From Pseudomonadota bacterium (lineage in GTDB: Bacteria > Bdellovibrionota > Bdellovibrionia > Bdellovibrionales > Bdellovibrionaceae): a stretch of DNA of 64,000 nucleotides. The notes beneath the pieces are model-generated. The model did not search any database and was not told where the DNA came from. It was given only the letters and a program-made list of their open reading frames with translations. A program made the position numbers and the translations under genes. The DNA is taken from assembly GCA_041178425.1 (NCBI GenBank), contig JBEGVH010000030.1, forward strand, positions 96,001 to 160,000. The letters are read 5' to 3'. Position 1 is the stretch's first letter; every line of letters starts with the position of its first letter. This document shows positions 18,520 through 27,922 of this stretch, piece after piece.

Positions 18520-19641
18520 CTATGTCGAGCCGGGATCGACTTGAATCGCCTCCATGACTAACGTTCCAATTTTGATCTCCGATTCTATGCGCACTATCAT
18601 TTTACGATCATCATCCGTCAGCCAAAAGAAGATGTCTCCCACTGGCCTGAAGACCCCATCGATTTCGAATTCTGGCTTCACGACAATCGTATCAAAAAAA
18701 CCAGCTTCGGTTTCGATTCTCTCTTTACGAAGAGCTTTACCACGAAAAAGCATGTTTTTTTCATCATCAGCTACAGTAAATTTATACTCTTTACCAACCT
18801 CGTAAGAGAACACTCGCATGTAAAAAGCGGCGCTAAAAACATTCTGGGCGTAGGGTTGAATTTGCCACTCTTGGCGCTTTTCCTGGTGCCCCTTTTTCTC
18901 TGTAAATTTTTTCTCGATGTAGACACCCTTCATCGTTTTTGCGTTAAAGTACCCTTTGGCATTTCTCAGTTGAGCGCTCTCTTTAACATTGAGATTGTAA
19001 ACGGAAGGCATAAGAGTTTCGTAATCAACGAGTGTCTCTGCCCAATCTTCTACCGAGTAGAAACGTGAAAACATTCCCGTTGTTTTTAAACTAGTATGCC
19101 AACGATAGGCCTTGCGACCATCGACCTCCACCATGGGACGCACTTCTAGTGTCATTTCGCCAGCTTCGGCCTTGAAGTATCGAACACTGAGCGTTACCTT
19201 TTCGCCAACTCGAAAGGGGTCTTTGTCTGGACGTCTCCCCCCCCCTGTAAAACCAATGTTGCTCTCATGTTTTGGTTCTCGAGGTTTGGACGATTCCGAT
19301 TTTAACCCTCTCTGTGACCCCTCAGGTAAATCATTTTTTCCGGCGACAGCCACTGAACCCTTAGTTTTAGTATCCTTACCTTTGGTTTTTTTCGTCGGTT
19401 TTTCGACGATCGCGGGCGAGGCAACGGGATTTGGCTGTGGTACGGGTGATGCCAGTGCTACAACGGGAAGCGCTCCACCCTCCACTTTGTTGAGATTAGG
19501 ATCTTCTCCCAATTCTTTAACATCGACGTCTGGAATTCCCTCATCAATAGTTAATGACTGAGGCTCCTTCGTTTTTAGAAAAGGGCTCGAACAGCTCAAT
19601 TGAATAAGCGCAAGAATGGATAGTAGAATAAAAATCTTCAT
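18520..19641 (-). CDS. DUF3108-like lipoprotein
   Basis: Lipobox-like QLSC; Pro/Lys linker; PFRVGEK, ETEAGFFDT, FWLTDD, IKIG motifs. Confidence 0.7.
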   Translation of the reverse strand: MKIFILLSILALIQLSCSSPFLKTKEPQSLTIDEGIPDVDVKELGEDPNLNKVEGGALPVVALASPVPQPNPVASPAIVEKPTKKTKGKDTKTKGSVAVAGKNDLPEGSQRGLKSESSKPREPKHESNIGFTGGGRRPDKDPFRVGEKVTLSVRYFKAEAGEMTLEVRPMVEVDGRKAYRWHTSLKTTGMFSRFYSVEDWAETLVDYETLMPSVYNLNVKESAQLRNAKGYFNAKTMKGVYIEKKFTEKKGHQEKRQEWQIQPYAQNVFSAAFYMRVFSYEVGKEYKFTVADDEKNMLFRGKALRKERIETEAGFFDTIVVKPEFEIDGVFRPVGDIFFWLTDDDRKMIVRIESEIKIGTLVMEAIQVDPGST

Positions 19642-19735
19642 AAGCCTCTTCCAGATTTCCATCATTATCTCCGATGAAACAGAAAGGGGGCAAAATACAA
19701 TTTCGGTATTAAAAGATTCTCGACATCAGACCAGT

Positions 19736-20650
19736 TCAACCTTGCTTTGCTCCCTGATCGCTGGGCACATCCGATAAATATTTTTTCCATCGTCTGTGAA
19801 CCCACATCCAATCTTTAGGATGATTTAAAATTAGCTGTTCGAGAACCTGATTATACTTTTGAGTCGTTGCCAACAGAGACTCTTCGCGAGAGCTTCGCTG
19901 TTCGAAAGGAATTTCAGAGCCGATTTCAATAACATTACGCCCCTGTTGATCGCGATAGGTCCAAACAGGCAAAACTGGAGCTCCCGTTTTTAAAGAAAAA
20001 AGAGAAAGTCCGTAAGCCGTTCCCGTTTTTACGCCAAAAAAGGTCGTCTCTAGACCAAAGGGCGGGCCCATGTATTGATCGAGCACAAAGATAATGGCTC
20101 CGTTATTTTTCAAGACGCGGAGAATATCGAAGGAGCTGTTTTTTCCATGGGGATCTAGAAAGGTAGCACCAAATCGCTTTCGCGTTCCAAACCAAAAATC
20201 ATTGAGCCATTTCACCTTGAATAACTTTGAAATGACATTGAGGGGGTATCCTCGATGGGCCAACATCGAAATGGCCATATCACCATGACCGAGATGCAAA
20301 GATAAAAGCAGAACTCCCTTTTTCTTCTCAAGAGCCTGGTCGAGAGACTCTAGTCCCTTGTAAATCACATGGTCTTGGATCCATTGCTCGTCGATGGAAG
20401 GAAAAAGGCAAAACTCAAAAAAATTATAGATCAGTCGGGCCATAGCCTCGCGAGCCAGTGCGAGTTTCTCGGCTCGATGGATTTTTGGAAAAACAATATC
20501 GATATTATTGAAAACGACTTTTCTTCGAAATCTAAAAACGTCGAAGAGGATCCACGCTGACAAATGGGCTAAGGCCCAACGAACAGAGTCGGGCACTAAG
20601 ATCAGTCCCTTACTGAGCGCTTTTCCTAATTTTGCCAGCCAGCTTTTCAC
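19736..20650 (-). CDS. Lipid A late (secondary) acyltransferase, LpxL/HtrB family
   Basis: HLGHGD acyltransferase motif, LDQ, FFG, PKDWMWVHRRWK. GTG 20650 follows GGAGG and overlaps lpxK. Confidence 0.88.
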   Translation of the reverse strand: MKSWLAKLGKALSKGLILVPDSVRWALAHLSAWILFDVFRFRRKVVFNNIDIVFPKIHRAEKLALAREAMARLIYNFFEFCLFPSIDEQWIQDHVIYKGLESLDQALEKKKGVLLLSLHLGHGDMAISMLAHRGYPLNVISKLFKVKWLNDFWFGTRKRFGATFLDPHGKNSSFDILRVLKNNGAIIFVLDQYMGPPFGLETTFFGVKTGTAYGLSLFSLKTGAPVLPVWTYRDQQGRNVIEIGSEIPFEQRSSREESLLATTQKYNQVLEQLILNHPKDWMWVHRRWKKYLSDVPSDQGAKQG

Positions 20651-21623
20651 GAAAGGCCTCCAAATCACCATCTAACTTAAGTTGCATAGGTATAACATAA
20701 AGTGGAGGTCCTTGAAAGGGCCACTCCTGAAGCTTCACCATATCTTTTTCGCTAGTGAGCAGATAATCATAATCCTCCGCCAGCACAAGCAATTCATTGA
20801 TTCTTTCTTGATCATAGTCAGCGTGATCAGGATAGGAAATAAATTTACCAATAGTGAGACCCTTTGCTTTAAGAGTTTTACGAAAACTCTCTGGGTTTCC
20901 CAGACCACAAAAAGCCAGCCCACGCCCATTTTTCAAAATCATCCCATCTTCAATTGGGCGACCTGCAAAAGACATGGGTTCATCAGCGCTCTGCTCTGCT
21001 CTTAGTACAAGGCCTGACTGGGAGGTCCATGGCTCAAGAAAACTCACCGTCTCTTGATTTCTTTGCTCCCATCGAGTGAGAACAATAACATCAGCCCGCG
21101 CTAAAGCGTCGAGCGACTCCCGAGCCCGCCCCTCAGGAGGCCAATGATAATCGGATCGATCAACAGAAACATCGATCAAAACAATATCAAAATCTCTATG
21201 CAATTTTCGATGCTGAAAGCCATCATCAACCAAGACTAAGTTTGTCTGAGGAGACTCCTCAACCATCTTTTGCGCACTCAACCATTTTTGGGGTCCAGAA
21301 ATAATTGGCACTTCTGGATTTTTAACTTTCAAAAGAACAGCCTCATCGCCAAAGGCCGCAAAAGCTCGTGGCCGCAATACGACCCATTCTGCTGTTTTAT
21401 TGGTTGCTCGATAATTTCGCGAAACAATTCCAGGTTGATAATTGAGTTTATTCAATTCTCCAATTAACCAATGAATCATTGGCGTCTTACCTGTTCCCCC
21501 CATCGTAATATTGCCAACGCTCACTACGGGAACCTTGAGTCGAATAGTCTTAATAAACTCTTTTTCGTAGAGCCAATTTCTAAATCCGACTAACTGAGAA
21601 AAAACAGGTGCCAGTAAATTCAT
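20610..21623 (-). CDS. lpxK: Tetraacyldisaccharide 4'-kinase
   Basis: SVGNITMGGTGKTP, GDE, DDGFQH, YPDH, TSEKD. Confidence 0.95.
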   Translation of the reverse strand: MNLLAPVFSQLVGFRNWLYEKEFIKTIRLKVPVVSVGNITMGGTGKTPMIHWLIGELNKLNYQPGIVSRNYRATNKTAEWVVLRPRAFAAFGDEAVLLKVKNPEVPIISGPQKWLSAQKMVEESPQTNLVLVDDGFQHRKLHRDFDIVLIDVSVDRSDYHWPPEGRARESLDALARADVIVLTRWEQRNQETVSFLEPWTSQSGLVLRAEQSADEPMSFAGRPIEDGMILKNGRGLAFCGLGNPESFRKTLKAKGLTIGKFISYPDHADYDQERINELLVLAEDYDYLLTSEKDMVKLQEWPFQGPPLYVIPMQLKLDGDLEAFREKLAGKIRKSAQ

Positions 21624-21628
21624 CGACT

Positions 21629-22792
21629 CTATCGACCCTCATTGTGATGAGATACCTTGAAGTAAGTTTCGATGGCCTTAGCGACTCTTGGGGTAACCCC
21701 CGAAGTACCAAGACTTTGCTTGAGAGCTTTCAAATCCTCTACCACTAATCGACGATAGTTATCGTCATAGAGAGCCCTCTCCACCAGAGGCGTCAGTACT
21801 CCTGGAGTTGCCTTTTCTTGAAAAACTTCTGGAACGATCTCACGTTTCGCCAAAAGGTTCACGAGTCCAAAAAAACCCTTCACGACAAGACGCCCTATCA
21901 ACGCTGACAACCAACTCATTTTGTACATTATAACCATGGGCTTTTCGAGAAGCCCCACCATCAACGTTGCCGTTCCGGAGGCTGCCAGAATGGCGTCAGT
22001 TAAGTAAATCATTTTAAAGGGTTCATCTTGCAGAAGCACAACTGGACACTTCAGGTTTTCAAGCTGGTCTTGAATATAGTCCTTCGACAAAGTCGGAGCG
22101 ACCAAAAGGAGAACTTTTAAATCAGGATGTTTTTTAGTGAGCTCTTCGGCCACATTCAATTGAACCTGAAGATGGCGTTCGATTTCTTGCTTTCGACTAC
22201 CCGGCATGAGTCCGAGAACTTTGTGTTGAGGTTGTATGCCCAGGCGACCTCTTTTGGCCAAAAGCAAAGTTGGATCTAAATACTCTGGGTTTAGCTCATC
22301 TAACAAAGGGTGACCCACGTACTCAACTGGAACATCATATTGCTTGTAAAAATCGACCTCAAAAGGAAACACCACAAGCATTTTAGTAACGTAGGCTTTT
22401 ACCTGATAGACGCGCTTTTTCTTCCAGGCCCAAATCTGAGGTGAAATATAATATATGACTGGAATGTTACGCTCGTGAAGTTCTTTGCTCAAACGCAGAT
22501 TAAATCCGGGGTAATCGAGAAGAACGGCGACATCTGGCTTTTCTTGATCAATCGCAGCCAGAGTTTTATTGAAGATGTTTTTGATATCGGAGTAATGCTT
22601 TAAAACCTCTGAGAATCCCATGACGGCCATGCTTTCGGCATAACCTAAGCAATGGAAACCCAATCTCTCCATCGATTGTGAACCCACGCCAAAGTATTGA
22701 TGACTCTGTCCTTGCGAACTCCAATATCTAATCAGTTGCTCGGCATAAAGCACACTCGATGCCTCTGCTGCAATCATCAGAATTCTAGCCAT
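21629..22792 (-). CDS. lpxB: Lipid A disaccharide synthase
   Basis: DYPGFN, SPQIWAW, FPFE, VGHPL, PGSR, SGTATL. Confidence 0.95.
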   Translation of the reverse strand: MARILMIAAEASSVLYAEQLIRYWSSQGQSHQYFGVGSQSMERLGFHCLGYAESMAVMGFSEVLKHYSDIKNIFNKTLAAIDQEKPDVAVLLDYPGFNLRLSKELHERNIPVIYYISPQIWAWKKKRVYQVKAYVTKMLVVFPFEVDFYKQYDVPVEYVGHPLLDELNPEYLDPTLLLAKRGRLGIQPQHKVLGLMPGSRKQEIERHLQVQLNVAEELTKKHPDLKVLLLVAPTLSKDYIQDQLENLKCPVVLLQDEPFKMIYLTDAILAASGTATLMVGLLEKPMVIMYKMSWLSALIGRLVVKGFFGLVNLLAKREIVPEVFQEKATPGVLTPLVERALYDDNYRRLVVEDLKALKQSLGTSGVTPRVAKAIETYFKVSHHNEGR

Positions 22793-23711
22793 GGTTCAGC
22801 TCGGTGCAAATCCTTTCGACTAGCTGAAGTGCCAGTAAACCGTCTTGACCGGTAATCACTGGAATTTTATCTGCCATCACGGATTCAACAAAGGCATTCG
22901 TCTCGGCTTGCAAACCGTCCACTTTTTCAGTGGTGATTTTTTCTGCAGCGAGATTCGACTCGGAAGCGCCAATAAAGGGAACACGCTCTAATTCACCGTT
23001 GTTGAGATAAGCCGTCCAACTGGAGTCGGCATCGTAAGAGCGCAGCAACCGAGCTGGCGTCGGAGAGACACGAGAGGCTTTTAGACAAACCTTCAAGCCA
23101 CTTTCGAATTCAATCCAAACAACGGCCCAATCTGTTGTCTTTGAAATTACCTTTGCACCTTGAGCGTGGACCGCTTTAATAGGGCCAGGGTTGGTGGCAA
23201 ACAGAAGATCAATGTCGTGAATCATTAAATCATGAATCACGCTCACATCGGCTCCACGTGCCTTATACGGCCCCATTCTCTCAAACTCCAGGTAATGAGG
23301 CTTACCTGATAGCGCTTTCCACTTTAAAAAGGCCGGATTAAAGCGCTCAATGTGTCCGACCGCCACCTTCACTTTATTTTCTTTTGCAATCTGCAAGAGT
23401 TGAATCGCCTGAGATGATTCTGCTGTGATGGGCTTTTCGATATTCAGATGAATCCCTTGGCGCAAAAGATACTCCGCCACAGAAAAATGGCTTTGAGTAG
23501 AGGTTGCAACTGTAGCTAAATCAATTTGTCCCGGAAGATCAGTTAAGTTTTCAAATGCGCGGACCTGGAGGGCATTTGCCACTTTCTGAGCTTGCTCTTT
23601 GTTTGCATCAAAAACTCCCACCAACTCAACATTTGAATTAGCTTTATACTTTTGAGCATGAAAATTACCCAGATACCCAACACCTACAACCGCAGCTCTT
23701 AATTTTTTCAT
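22785..23711 (-). CDS. Gfo/Idh/MocA oxidoreductase, GnnA-like (UDP-GlcNAc 3-dehydrogenase candidate)
   Basis: GVGYLG, EKP, GHIERFNP, DLMIHDID; lies between lpxA and lpxB. Confidence 0.8.
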   Translation of the reverse strand: MKKLRAAVVGVGYLGNFHAQKYKANSNVELVGVFDANKEQAQKVANALQVRAFENLTDLPGQIDLATVATSTQSHFSVAEYLLRQGIHLNIEKPITAESSQAIQLLQIAKENKVKVAVGHIERFNPAFLKWKALSGKPHYLEFERMGPYKARGADVSVIHDLMIHDIDLLFATNPGPIKAVHAQGAKVISKTTDWAVVWIEFESGLKVCLKASRVSPTPARLLRSYDADSSWTAYLNNGELERVPFIGASESNLAAEKITTEKVDGLQAETNAFVESVMADKIPVITGQDGLLALQLVERICTELNHG

Positions 23712-24493
23712 TCTTTTGCAATGCCTCTTTTAGATGAACGAATAAATTTGACGAGGTACTCAATATTTTCTGATGTCGCACACTCAGTATCGATACGCGC
23801 CAAGGCTTCTTCAACAGTCTCAGAACCCATGATGAGAATACGAATAGCACGATGGATGTTATCGACTTCCTCGCGCGGATAACCACGACGAGCGAGCCCG
23901 ACCTTATTTGTGGCTCTAACAACCGCGTGATTACCCTGAGCTTTGGTAAAAGGAAGAACGTCTTTATTGACGATCGATCCCCCAGCAATAAATGAACCTT
24001 TCCCAACCCTCGTGAACTGGTTAAATGCACACATGCCACCGATAACAACAAAATCATCAATGAGACAGTGACCTCCGATATGGGAGTTGTTCGCAACAAT
24101 GACATTGCTTCCGATCTTACAATCATGTCCCACGTGGGTGTAGCTCATGAAATAACAGTTCGAACCAACAACTGTGAGCTTATCTTCCTTACTTGTGGCA
24201 AGGTTGACCGTTGAGAACTCACGAAAAATATTATTATCTCCAATGATTAGGGAAGTTTCTTCACCTTTATAGGTAACGTCTTGAGGGGGACCGCCAATGA
24301 CTGCACCCGGGTGAAGGTGATTGTTGGCGCCAATGGTAATGTTACCACCCTTGCACCCAATAGAAACGTGTCCCTCTACGATCGTTCCTTTTCCAATTTT
24401 AACATTCCCTTGAATAAGACAATAGGGACCAATCACAGCCCCTTCACCTAATTCTAGACTTCCATTCACCACTGTTGAAGGATGAATACTCAT
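23708..24493 (-). CDS. lpxA: UDP-N-acetylglucosamine acyltransferase
   Basis: Hexapeptide repeats; PPQD, FRE, HVGHDC, KDVLPF. Confidence 0.95.
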   Translation of the reverse strand: MSIHPSTVVNGSLELGEGAVIGPYCLIQGNVKIGKGTIVEGHVSIGCKGGNITIGANNHLHPGAVIGGPPQDVTYKGEETSLIIGDNNIFREFSTVNLATSKEDKLTVVGSNCYFMSYTHVGHDCKIGSNVIVANNSHIGGHCLIDDFVVIGGMCAFNQFTRVGKGSFIAGGSIVNKDVLPFTKAQGNHAVVRATNKVGLARRGYPREEVDNIHRAIRILIMGSETVEEALARIDTECATSENIEYLVKFIRSSKRGIAKE

Positions 24494-24503
24494 AATAACT
24501 CCC

Positions 24504-24980
24504 TTACTTAACGAGGGGGAAAACCTTAGCTAATATTTCAGCTTCGGCAACGATCTCGCCATTCACCTTGGCGGTACCACCAAAAACAAGCATAGCCCCA
24601 CGATCTTTACGACAGTCCATTTCTATCACTAATTGATCTCCAGGAACAATTGGACGTCTAAAACGGGCCTCATTGACTCCAACAAAAGCAACATCCTGAG
24701 GTGGATCATCGGGTCGGCTACAAAGCAAGGCTCCGACCTGAGCAAAAACTTCGAGAACGATCACTCCCGGCATAACCGGGCGATGAGGAAAGTGACCTTC
24801 AAAAAATGGCTCGTTGATCGTTACATTCTTGATCGCTTTGATGGTATTGCCTGTTCTGTTAGGAAACTGTGGCCCCCACTTTTTTTCAATCACTCGGTCG
24901 ACAAACAAAAATGGATGTCGGTGTGGTAAAATCTTGGGAATATCAGTTAGCGAAATAGTATGCTCTGTTGGCCCTGTCAT
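24504..24980 (-). CDS. fabZ: 3-hydroxyacyl-ACP dehydratase
   Basis: LPHRHPFLFVD, KNVTINEPFFEGHFP, MPGV; ATG 24980 follows GAGG. Confidence 0.93.
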   Translation of the reverse strand: MTGPTEHTISLTDIPKILPHRHPFLFVDRVIEKKWGPQFPNRTGNTIKAIKNVTINEPFFEGHFPHRPVMPGVIVLEVFAQVGALLCSRPDDPPQDVAFVGVNEARFRRPIVPGDQLVIEMDCRKDRGAMLVFGGTAKVNGEIVAEAEILAKVFPLVK

Positions 24981-24988
24981 TTCTGCCT

Positions 24989-25498
24989 CTATTTCGATTT
25001 TTCGAACTCTTGGATCAACTTGTCTGTGACGTTGTATTCGGCTTTGATCCATAGAACGCTTTGTTCGTTCTTTTCAAAAATGACTGAATAACCTTCAGCT
25101 TTCGCCATTTTATCCAAAATAGTCTTCATTTTTTCGAGAATTGGAGACGTAAGATCTCTTTCTTTTTTCTGAATCTCTAATTGGTTCTTTCCAACCAATT
25201 CTTGGTACTTCAGCATTTCCTCTTGAATTTCAGCTTGTTTCTTTTGCATAGCTTCATCAGAGAGAACACCTTTTTTCTTCTCTAGATCTTCACCCATTTT
25301 TTTAATGTCAGATTGCTTTGCTTCGATATCTTTTTTTCTTTTATTAAATTCAGCCTCGAGCTCCGCTTTTGCTTTTTTACCTTGGCTTGTGCTTTGAATG
25401 GCCTTTTGCAAGTCGACATAGCCAAACTTCACATCGGCGCCCTGGGCTGCAAAACTCATGGTGATCATCATTGTTGTGAGCAAAACTAGTTTTTTCAT
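24989..25498 (-). CDS. skp: Periplasmic chaperone Skp/OmpH
   Basis: Signal peptide, KFGYVD, coiled coil; directly after bamA. Confidence 0.9.
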   Translation of the reverse strand: MKKLVLLTTMMITMSFAAQGADVKFGYVDLQKAIQSTSQGKKAKAELEAEFNKRKKDIEAKQSDIKKMGEDLEKKKGVLSDEAMQKKQAEIQEEMLKYQELVGKNQLEIQKKERDLTSPILEKMKTILDKMAKAEGYSVIFEKNEQSVLWIKAEYNVTDKLIQEFEKSK

Positions 25499-25525
25499 GG
25501 TATTCTCCTTTAAATAAATTTTATT

Positions 25526-27859
25526 TTAAAATGGCTGCCCAATCATGAACTCAAAGTTCATTGGTGGGTGACGATCAGGGTTTCTCTTAAGAGGGAATCC
25601 CCATTCAAAACGCAAAGGTCCGATTGGAGAGAACCATCTAAAACCAAAACCAACATCGCTATAAAAGTTACTGTCTTCGAGGCTATCTTCTGCCTGACCG
25701 ATATCAAAAAATATCGCCCCTTTGATTCCCGCCTCAGCAATCAACGGAAATTCAAATTCAGTCATATAATAAAGCTGCCTTTGCCCGCCAAAGGGACGCC
25801 AAGCTAGCTTTTCCGCTTGATCGGCAGAGTAGCGACCCGTTCCCATCAAATAATCATATCGCTGTTGGGAACGCAGGTATTTACCCACCGAAAACATCGA
25901 GAATCCTCTAAGAGAAAAAGGACCTCCCAGTAAAAACAAATCATTAAATGGTGGCGCCTGCTGGTTCAGTGATTGTAGGTGACCGTAAACAAGATTGTTT
26001 CTCCAAACCACTTCCCAGAAGACTTTTTGAAAGTACCTCACCGAATTGATGCTCTTGATGTACTTTAAATCGCCCCCGAGGCCAGCCCTCTCCACCGACG
26101 TCGACAAAAACAACCCTTTTGATGGAGTGAATCGATCATCCCGCTTATCGTATTCGAGAGTTCCTGTGATTGAGCTCGTAACACCTGAGGCCGTCTCCAA
26201 GGGAAAAAGATCCGGATCGGTAAGACTTTTGCCAGTTTGGCTATCTGTTTTTCCGGACAAGAGCGTTTTATCGTAGCGATAACGCAAAACCCCGTTCACA
26301 TACTCACCTAAGGGATGACCCAACCGAGCGGCGCCACCGGTAATTTTTTGATCGAAGTCATCTCGAGTAGAAAGGCGTTGATAAAGATCTCCACCCATTA
26401 ACCAATCCGTGTCGTCATAATTGGGCTCGGTAAAATTTAAACTAAAATCAGTCACTCGTCTGTTGTGATTAAGTGAGGCCCCTAAACGCTGACCTTTACC
26501 TAAGAAGTTCGTTTCGTTCACCTGGCCTGTCATTGTGAACTTATCAATACTGCTATATCCCGCTCCCAACTGAATAGATCCAGTGTGCCGCTCTTTCACA
26601 ACAATATCGATATTCATTTGATCCGGCTTATTGGGAGGAGTGGAGTTTTTGAAATTCACTTCTTCGAAAAAACCAAGGCGCTGAATATTCTCGAGCGACT
26701 CTCTTTTACGAGATTCGTTGTAGAGCTCCCCCTCAGATATTTTCAGTTCCCGTCGAATAACTTTGTCGCGCGTCCGACTGTTTCCAATAACATTGATCTG
26801 ACCGAAATAAACTTTGCTTCCCTTATCGAACTCAAAAGTAATATCTACTTTTTTATTCTTCTCATCGACATTCGTACGCGGAATAACGTTAGCAAAGGCG
26901 TAACCCAAGTCGCCGTATTTAGCCTGAAGGGAACTCAAGTCTTTTTGCAAAACTTCGTAGGCAAAAGTATCTTTTTCATCGATCTTGATAATTTCGCTGA
27001 GTTCTTCTCTGGAAAAAAGAATGTCTCCTGCAAAATCAACCTCTCCTACGGCAAACTGCTCCCCCTCTTCAATACGAAAAGTGATATAAATACCCTTCTT
27101 GTCAGGAGTTACAAAAACCTGAGGCTTATCGACTTTAACCTGAACATAACCTTCGTTAAAATAAAGAAACTTTAGCAATTGAGAATCGCGCTCAAATGCA
27201 TCTTGCTTAAATGCCCCAGAGCCACTCATAAAGCTAAAAAAACCACCCTCTTGTGTGGCCATACGATTCTTTAGAAAACTATCTTTCAATTTATTGTTTC
27301 CTAAAATGCGAATTTTTTTAACTTTAACTTTATCGTTTTCCTGAATTTTAAAGGTCAGCTTTACTTTTTCACCAACGACGATATCTTCAATTTTTGCTTC
27401 AATCTTTGCCAGTAAAAACCCTTTTTCCTCAAAATACTTTTGCAGTTTTTCTTGAGCTTCACGAATTTTGTTTGGATTCAATATCTCAAAGGCCTTAATA
27501 GTAACTTGCTCTTTGAGGTCATCATCTTTGACGTCGGCGTTTCCAACAAATGCAATCTCAACAATTGTGGGCTTTTCCTTGACCCGATAGATAAGATCAA
27601 CAAATCCACCACTTTGTTGTTTTAACACTTCAACATCGTTAAAAAAACCGAGTGCGAATAGACTTTGTACGTCCGAACGCACTTGCTGAGAAGAATAAGT
27701 CTTACCTTCGGAAGAATTGATCTTTGCTTTTATGGCATCAATCTCAATCTTTTTTTGACCTTCGATAGTAATTTTACGAACGGTGAGCCCAGCCTCTTGG
27801 GCAGACGCAAAAAAACCGAGAAAAAATAAAAAACTCCAATATATGAAATACTTTACCAT
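25526..27859 (-). CDS. bamA: Outer membrane protein assembly factor BamA
   Basis: POTRA repeats, TRDKVIRRE, LRGF, WFSPIGPL, terminal Phe. Confidence 0.95.
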   Translation of the reverse strand: MVKYFIYWSFLFFLGFFASAQEAGLTVRKITIEGQKKIEIDAIKAKINSSEGKTYSSQQVRSDVQSLFALGFFNDVEVLKQQSGGFVDLIYRVKEKPTIVEIAFVGNADVKDDDLKEQVTIKAFEILNPNKIREAQEKLQKYFEEKGFLLAKIEAKIEDIVVGEKVKLTFKIQENDKVKVKKIRILGNNKLKDSFLKNRMATQEGGFFSFMSGSGAFKQDAFERDSQLLKFLYFNEGYVQVKVDKPQVFVTPDKKGIYITFRIEEGEQFAVGEVDFAGDILFSREELSEIIKIDEKDTFAYEVLQKDLSSLQAKYGDLGYAFANVIPRTNVDEKNKKVDITFEFDKGSKVYFGQINVIGNSRTRDKVIRRELKISEGELYNESRKRESLENIQRLGFFEEVNFKNSTPPNKPDQMNIDIVVKERHTGSIQLGAGYSSIDKFTMTGQVNETNFLGKGQRLGASLNHNRRVTDFSLNFTEPNYDDTDWLMGGDLYQRLSTRDDFDQKITGGAARLGHPLGEYVNGVLRYRYDKTLLSGKTDSQTGKSLTDPDLFPLETASGVTSSITGTLEYDKRDDRFTPSKGLFLSTSVERAGLGGDLKYIKSINSVRYFQKVFWEVVWRNNLVYGHLQSLNQQAPPFNDLFLLGGPFSLRGFSMFSVGKYLRSQQRYDYLMGTGRYSADQAEKLAWRPFGGQRQLYYMTEFEFPLIAEAGIKGAIFFDIGQAEDSLEDSNFYSDVGFGFRWFSPIGPLRFEWGFPLKRNPDRHPPMNFEFMIGQPF

Positions 27860-27869
27860 AAGTGATGGG

Positions 27870-27899
27870 AGCGTATCTTGGATTGAAAAGGAATGTCAA
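27870..27899 (-). promoter_or_regulatory. Putative sigma70 promoter for bamA
   Basis: TTGACA-N18-TACGCT on the minus strand. Confidence 0.5.
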
Positions 27900-27922
27900 A
27901 AAAAGGGTCTAAACACTTTGCA

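Noticed and set aside
23665..24126. 153-aa alternate-frame ORF on the same strand as lpxA
   Set aside because: No motifs or Shine-Dalgarno; almost entirely nested in lpxA, which is intact.
26585..27175. 196-aa plus-strand ORF inside bamA
   Set aside because: Antisense shadow with no recognisable features.
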